64,000 nucleotides of DNA. Origin: Eledone cirrhosa. Its lineage: Eukaryota. The notes under the pieces are model-generated. The model was given only the letters and a program-made list of their open reading frames with translations. It was not told where the DNA came from and searched no databases. The stretch spans positions 27,590,001-27,654,000 of the forward strand of contig OZ024743.1 in NCBI GenBank assembly GCA_964016885.1, read 5' to 3'. A program made the translations under genes and the position numbers. This document shows, piece after piece, positions 55,224 to 64,000 of this stretch (position 1 is the first letter of the stretch; each line of letters starts with the position of its first letter).

Positions 55224-55259
55224 TCTTCTGATGAAGGACTAGCGTCCGAAACGTTAAGA
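55224..55259 (+). ncRNA. Minimal hammerhead ribozyme (family I; degenerate copy 36001-36036)
   Basis: UCUU CUGAUGA a GGA cuagcg UCC GAAA CG UU|AAGA. Palindromic AACGUU. The ~160-bp surrounding element is shared with 35960-36123. Confidence 0.75.
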
Positions 55260-55372
55260 CCCTCTTCCTGATATATCAAGCGTTAACCTAATATAACCCT
55301 TCCATATACTGTACCGACTGTGTTGTTATTTCTGTTTAGCTTTTACACACTCACTCACACACACACACACAT

Positions 55373-55438
<66 letters not shown>

Positions 55439-56138
55439 GGAAAAAATGAAACGAAATTTCATTTCTCACTCTTAGTACGGCTGTTACTTAAATATAAGTA
55501 TGTATACGTACATACATATATGTATACAGACGTACAGTAGTATGTATAGGTTGCTAAACACTGTACGGATTAATTCGGGATGTTTGTTTATAATAAATGT
55601 TCGGTAAATCCATATGTACATATATATATGTGTGCATGTATGTATATATATACATACTACTTTTCCTTTGTATACATATATGTATGTACGTATACATAAT
55701 TATATTTAAGTAACAGCCGTACTAAGAGTGAGAAATGAAATTTCGTTTCATTTTTTCCGTTTATCGTTTTCGGTGCGCCCGGCCGAATAACTCACTCGAT
55801 ATGCAAATTAGGCTGCTCAGCCGTTAATATGCATAAGGAAAGTATATACTTTCAGAGGTTCAATCATCTGGCAGGAAGGTATACGGTGCTGACGATAGCT
55901 AATAAGCTTGAAACTAGTACATCGTTCCTTTGTCAGTGTAGAACAAAAGGGCAACGATGGTTACTAAACACTACGGCTTAATTCGAGATGTTTGTTTACA
56001 AACACACCGAGCATTATAATAAATGTTCGGTAAATCCATACGTACATATATATATGTGTGTGCATGTATGTATATATATACATACTACTGTACGTCTGTA
56101 TATATATATGTATGTACGTATACATACTTATATATATA

Positions 56139-58017
<1,879 letters not shown>

Positions 58018-58878
58018 CGTCTGAACACACAGCCATAGTAGACATGAAAAACTATGTGTCACATATGTGAACACATTTATATGATTTTATTTAGTACATT
58101 CTTGCGGCTAAAGGAATCATGTGATTATTCTAATTTCTTTGGCGTCTACTTATATTACTTCACTGAATTGTGTATCGCCAGTTATTACAAGATAAATGAT
58201 TGAAAATGACCCGTAGAATTAGAAAATGCAAATATTCCTTGACACACACTTCCATGAGACCATCTATATGGCAGCTAGAAACAGCAGCTCAAACGTCTTG
58301 AGAATTAGACACGCTGGATATTGTAGTCGGAGATGCGTACTTCCCCGGAGCAAGGCAGGATATTCAGAGCTGAAATTTTTTTGATGATAACTGACCTGGG
58401 ATTAAAATCAACAGAATAACGAGTCTCAAATGAACTGAAATAAGCATTGAGAGACAAAGTTCAGGCCCAGGATTAATATTTTCTTGAATACTCTGAATAA
58501 ATTGGACGATAATCGTGCTATTCCTGAAAATAATTATTATAAATCAATTATATTGCCGAAGTTGGGTATTTGTGAGCTAGGCAGTGATGTGAGCTCTTGC
58601 TAGCCTACAAAATGCCTCACATAGGCTAAGTTTCTCATCTCCGCTCGTCAAACACCCTCCTATGCGTCCTCGTTGCGGCACTGGCTCCGCCAAATTGGGT
58701 TAGTTGTGAAAGTGAGATCTTCGCGCTATAACCGATGCAATGCTTGGATTGCACTATCCTGAAGTGCATATACTTGCAGATAAGCACGGCTTGTGAAACC
58801 AATAGCCTGAAAAAACTCCATTGAAATGAACTTATTCCTGTATTCGTCGTTATATATTTTTTCTTCATTTATACATAC

Positions 58879-58989
<111 letters not shown>

Positions 58990-59093
58990 GAGAGAGAGAT
59001 ATGACTAATATGCAAATCAGGCCGTCCAGTCACTGTATATTTTAGAAAATATCATATATTTTCACTAGCTGTGACAGTTGGCGGGTGAACAGT

Positions 59094-59144
59094 AAACTGC
59101 ACTGATGAAGGGCAATCACCAAGAAACATTAATGGCTGCAGTTT
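59094..59144 (+). ncRNA. Degenerate hammerhead ribozyme (family L)
   Basis: AAACUGCA CUGAUGA agggcaaucaccaa GAAA CAUUAAUG GC|UGCAGUUU. Perfect 8-bp stem I and palindromic stem III, but the GUC site reads GGC and stem II is weak. Confidence 0.65.
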
Positions 59145-59323
59145 TGTTTACATGCCAACACAAGACCAAGAATGAGGGACTCATTCTATTGACATGTCTT
59201 AAAAGAGACTGTTTGCAATATTATTATTATTAATATTCAAAAAACTCAGATTACATATGTGTGTGTATATATATATATATAGATATATAGATATATATAT
59301 ATGTATATATGTATATATATATG

Positions 59324-59354
<31 letters not shown>

Positions 59355-59560
59355 GAAGGCGTGTGGCTGAGTGGTTAGAGAATTGGATTCGCAATCGTAA
59401 GGTTGTGAGTTCGATTCCTGGACAGGGCGATGCGTTATGTCCTTGAGCAGGACACTTTATTTCACGTTGTTCCTTCTACCTGGAGTTGCGACCGATAGAT
59501 AGTATTAGCAATTTGAAAGACCAACGGAAACATTGTTTCGTCGGTCCGATTTGACGAAAG
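59355..59560 (+). mobile_element. tRNA-derived SINE family 2 (also 29677-29870 plus, 50290-50610 minus, 33770-33842 minus head)
   Basis: A-box TGGCTGAGTGG, B-box GAGTTCGATTCC, then GTCCTTGAGCA.GACACTTTATTTCAC (V/CORE-like segment). Confidence 0.8.
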
Positions 59561-59593
59561 TCGATCGTTCAAAATGATATATATATATATATA

Positions 59594-61212
59594 TATAATA
59601 TGTTGAGAAGGTAACACACCAGAGAGAGATATATAGTGCGTTATCAATAATACAGGGAAAAAACCACCAGTGTATGGAATCTATAACCTATGAAAGGCAG
59701 ACTATAGACACGATAATTAAAAATATAAATTAAAGCGTAAATAAATACCTCTATAACTATATAACACACGTACAAGTCCAGAGATATGTTTCGCCAGAAA
59801 ATTTGTTGAAAGAAATGTTAGTCTCGGTTCATCAGCGTGTGTAAGGCTATACATTTCAGACAACACTAAGAGAATTTTACAATTGACTGTCCAGCTACAC
59901 GTGGGAGAGAGAAGTCACAGCGTGTTTTAGGGCAGTGAACCAGTGGCCTCTGAGAGACGAACTGCTAGAAAGGGCAGCCCAAAGCCACTCAGAGAAGAGT
60001 GCTCAACCAAACAGAGATAGGAAAGGCTGTTGTTAGGAGCGAAATATCACGATAAATTAACGGAGGCATAGGCCGTCGTTATTCCCTGTAAATAATGTGC
60101 TCAAAGGGGAAGAGATCCTGAGCCCTTTAGAATATAATATGTTGAGAAGGTAACACACCAGAGAGAGATATATAGTGCGTTATCAATAATACAGGGAAAA
60201 AACCACCAGTGTATGGAATCTATAACCTATGAAAGGCAGACTATAGACACGATAATTAAAAATATAAATTAAAGCGTAAATAAATAGCTCTATAACTATA
60301 TAACACACGTACAAATCCAGAGATATGTTTCGCCAGAAAATTTGTTGAAAGAAATGTTAGTCTCGGTTCATCAGCGTGTGTAAGGCTATACATTTCAGAC
60401 AACACTAAGAGAATTTTACAATTGACTGTCCAGCTACACGTGGGAGAGAGAAGTCACAGCGTGTTTTAGGGCAGTGAACCAGTGGCCTCTGAGAGACGAA
60501 CTGCTAGAAAGGGCAGCCCAAAGCCACTCAAAGAAGAGTGCTCAACCAAACAGAGATAGGAAAGGCTGTTGTTAGGAGCGAAATATCACGATAAATTAAC
60601 GGAGGCATAGGCCGTCGTTATTCCCTGTAAATAATGTGCTCAAAGGTGGAAGAGACCCTGAGCCCTTTAGAATATAATATGTTGAGAAGGTAACACACCA
60701 GAGAGAGATATATAGTGCGTTATCAATAATATCTCTGTTTGGTTGAGCACTCTTCTCTGAGTGGCTTTGGGCTGCCCTTTCTAGCAGTTCGTCTCTCAGA
60801 GGCCACTGGTTCACTGCCCTAAAACACGCTGTGACTTCTCTCTCCCACGTGTAGCTGGACAGTCAATTGTAAAATTCTCTTAGTGTTGTCTGATGAACCG
60901 AGACTAACATTTCTTTCAACAAATTTTCTGGCGAAACATATCTCTGGATTTGTACGTGTGTTATATAGTTATAGAGGTATTTATTTACGCTTTAATTTAT
61001 ATTTTTAATTATCGTGTCTATAGTCTGCCTTTCATAGGTTATAGATTCCATACACTGGTGGTTTTTTCCCTGTATTATTGATAACGCACTATATATCTCT
61101 CTCTGGTGTGTTACTTTCTCAACATATTATATTCTAAAGGGCTCAGGATCTCTTCCCCTTTGAGCACATTATTTACAGGGAATAACGACGGCCTATGCCT
61201 CCGTTAATTTAT

Positions 61213-61220
<8 letters not shown>
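59594..61220. repeat. 539/540-bp HHR-bearing unit: ~2.1 tandem copies (59594-60730) plus an inverted permuted copy (60731-61220), flanked by (TA)n
   Basis: TGTTGAGAAGGTAAC at 59601, 60140 and 60680. 60731-61220 is the reverse complement of unit sequence and crosses the unit junction. Confidence 0.93.
59764..59842 (-). ncRNA. Type I hammerhead ribozyme (family M; also 60303-60381 minus; 60890-60961 plus with 5' stem-I strand deleted)
   Basis: ACACACG CUGAUGA accgaga...ucuggc GAAA CAuauc ucug gacuUG UA|CGUGUGU. 7-bp stem I, GUA site, imperfect long stem II. Confidence 0.75.
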
Positions 61221-61259
<39 letters not shown>

Positions 61260-61427
61260 TCCCTCCATTTAAGTCTCTATTTCTGCTGGAATATTCTTAC
61301 ATCAAGTTTCTTTGATTTGTATTTCACTCTATCCAAGTTTCTGCTAAATAAGAGAATTAAATATATCAGTGTTAATATCTGCAATGTGTTTCCTTGTACC
61401 AATATAAGAAATATCTTTATCACTACT

Positions 61428-61785
61428 TATCACCACCACCATCATCCCCACCCTCATCATCACTACCATCATCATTATCATCATCATTGTTGTCAATACC
61501 ACCACCACCACCACCTTCATCATCATCGTCATTATCATCGTCTTTGCTGTCACTACCACCACCACCACCATCACCATAATCATCATCGTCATCAACCACA
61601 TCGTCATCCCAGGCCGTCATCAACATGACGGCACTACCTTGTCCACAACCTCACTAATACTAATACCACCACACCGGAGAAATTTCACCATACCAATACC
61701 ACCATCCAACTCGAATCTCCACCACCACCATTATCAGCACCACAAACACCCCCACTACATGCATTATCATCAATATCATCATCAT
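61428..61785. repeat. Degenerate (CAY)n trinucleotide low-complexity region
   Basis: CAC/CAT repeats giving poly-His and poly-Ser/Pro pseudo-ORFs. Confidence 0.85.
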
Positions 61786-61805
61786 CCTTCAGCCATTATA
61801 TTATG

Positions 61806-62560
61806 AGTGGATTAGAAGTATCGGTAGAGGGTCGGACGCCATGCTTTGACGCATAGAGTTACGGCCCTTGCCATTCTGAGTTCAAATCACGCCGAGGTTA
61901 ACTTTGCCTTTCATCCTTACGGGGTCGATAAAATAAAGTACCAGTAATACACTGAGTAATTGCTGGCCTTGTGCCAAAAGTAGAAACAGTTATATTATGA
62001 GTGGATTGGCAGTATCGGTAGAGCGTCAGACACCATGCTTTACACCATAGAGTTGCGCCCCTTTATGGCCTGAGTCGATTTATTCGACTTTCACCTACCC
62101 CCAAATTACTGGCCTTGTGCCTATACTAGAAATCATTATTATCATCAATATCATCATCATCCTTCAGTCATTATATTATAAATGGATTGGCAGTATCGGT
62201 AGAGGGTCGGACGCCATGCTTTCCAGCAGAGTTACGTCCCTTAACGATCTGAGTTCAAATCCCGCCGAGGTTGACTTTGCCTTTCACCCTTACGGGGTCG
62301 ATAAAATAAAGTACCAGTAATGCACTGGGTTATTGCTGGCCTTGTGCCAAAAGTGGAAACAATTATTATTAGGGCGATGCTATGGCAGTATCCGTAGAGC
62401 ATCAGACACCATGCTTTGCATCTTAGAGTTATGGCCCTTTACGTTCTGAGTTCAAATCTGCCGAGGTTAACTTTGCCTTCCATCCTTACGGAGTCGATAA
62501 AACAGTGCACCAGTAATGCACTGGGTAATAGCTGGCCTTGTGCCAAATAAGTAGACACAA
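61806..62560 (+). mobile_element. SINE family 1 tandem cluster (four copies)
   Basis: Copies at 61806-61990, 62000-62135 (internally deleted), 62182-62368 and 62371-62560. Flank TATCATCAATATCATCATCATCCTTCAG is duplicated at ~61765 and ~62139. Confidence 0.85.
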
Positions 62561-63299
62561 TTATATTATGACAACCCAAACACAATTCATTTTTCTTTTA
62601 CGATTTTATGTTTACATACCCATCAAAAACTTTCGCCGATTCCAAATTCATCATCAGTAGTACCAGCAGCAAGAGCAGCAGCAGTATCTCTACAACTCCA
62701 CCACCGTACACACTTCCACAATTTCATCAGAACACATAACAACACAGCTGTTTCGGTCACACATATTTATTTAATATCGATTAGTTTACACTTTCTTGAC
62801 AATTGTATAAAACACCAGAATTTATTATCATTGTATATATGCTCCTTACTAGTCATAACTAACACCGTCGATTTTTTTTTTGATTTTTCCATACAGTTGA
62901 CACGAATGATAGGGGTTATCTGCGTATTTACTGACGACAAACTGTTATTTTTGTGACAAATACATCTCACCGAGATTTTTCATTGATCTTGAAACCAGTG
63001 TTTGGTTGAGTGTATTGAAAACATGTTTTCCGAATCAATAGCACATGAACCGTCTCCTTTTTATTGAAAGAAAAGCTGTTCCACTTTACAAACAAAAAAC
63101 ACACATAAATACATGCATGCAAACACATACACACACTCACACACACGCACATTCATACACATGCACACACACACACATGTGAGTGTGTTGCTATGTCGCA
63201 ATGGTGGAAGGGAGAATGAAAAATCGATAATGTTAATAGTTCTCACGAAGTTAAGCAATTTTCTGGATAATAACTCCTTTTTAAAACAAATACAACCAC

Positions 63300-63365
<66 letters not shown>

Positions 63366-63420
63366 ATGTAGGTCTATATATACATATATGTGTGTCTATA
63401 TATATGTATACATACACGTT

Positions 63421-63473
<53 letters not shown>

Positions 63474-64000
63474 GATAGATAGATAGATATGGTGATAAAT
63501 ATAGATATAGTTATATACAGTGTGTATGCATATTATGCATTTACTATAAAAGTATCTCGAAAAATAGATAGGAGCTTCCAAACCTTGATGTATTCACGCT
63601 TCAACGCTTCAGGAAAATATCATAAAATGTGTAATAGTAATTCTTTTAAAGTCTGCTGCATTCGCTGAACCATTATAGGGTCAAGGAATTTCAACCCTGT
63701 TAAAAAATACAAACATATTACACAATCATCTCATCTCGAATGTAATAGGAGTTCCCGGAAATTGACGCTACAATATCGCTATCACCACACATAGTGTTCA
63801 TCTCTGAAGCATTTAAGCAGATAATTTTAATTGTAACTTTCTATTTTCTGGGCTGACTTTATTGCGTAGTATTACGAGAAGAAGACAGTGAAGAATACTG
63901 AAATACCGAGTAGAAAGCTAAATGTAAACCTATTGAAGTAAGATGCAAAGTGTTAGTATGCAATCCCTTCAGTAGATCCTAAGATTTATTGGATTTTACA

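Noticed and set aside
61317-61628. His-rich and acidic ORFs (also 52780-53167)
   Set aside because: Derived from (CAY)n and (CTC)n low-complexity tracts, open in several frames, with no splice or domain evidence.

Overview
AT-rich, microsatellite-dense eukaryotic non-coding DNA. The SINE repertoire and the abundant (TA)n/(CA)n/(GA)n tracts suggest a cephalopod such as Octopus (inference). No host exon can be supported. Mobile content: (i) a young Penelope-like retroelement (PLE; RT + C-terminal GIY-YIG, 20746-24291) with a 1150-bp head-to-head inverted arm and an in-frame poly-Asn insert; (ii) a near-full-length, frameshifted Tx1/L1-clade LINE (40372-45620, minus) abutting (TC)n; (iii) Helitron, RTE and old PLE fragments; (iv) many tRNA-derived SINEs. 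The main signal is that most 'unique' islands between (TA)n tracts are small non-coding elements carrying a type I hammerhead ribozyme (HHR). By eye I find about 29 motif copies from about 13 apparently unrelated families. They include a 310-bp x5.5 tandem array with one HHR per unit, a 539/540-bp tandem-plus-inverted array, and three families with a compensatory U3-A8 catalytic core (UUGANAA). Most of the two-armed insertions share the PLE's architecture: minus-sense arm on the left, plus-sense arm on the right, both 3' ends in (TA)n, often longer than one monomer and circularly permuted. This suggests a retrozyme/circular-RNA system mobilised by PLE machinery into TA microsatellites. All folds were read by eye; none was computed.
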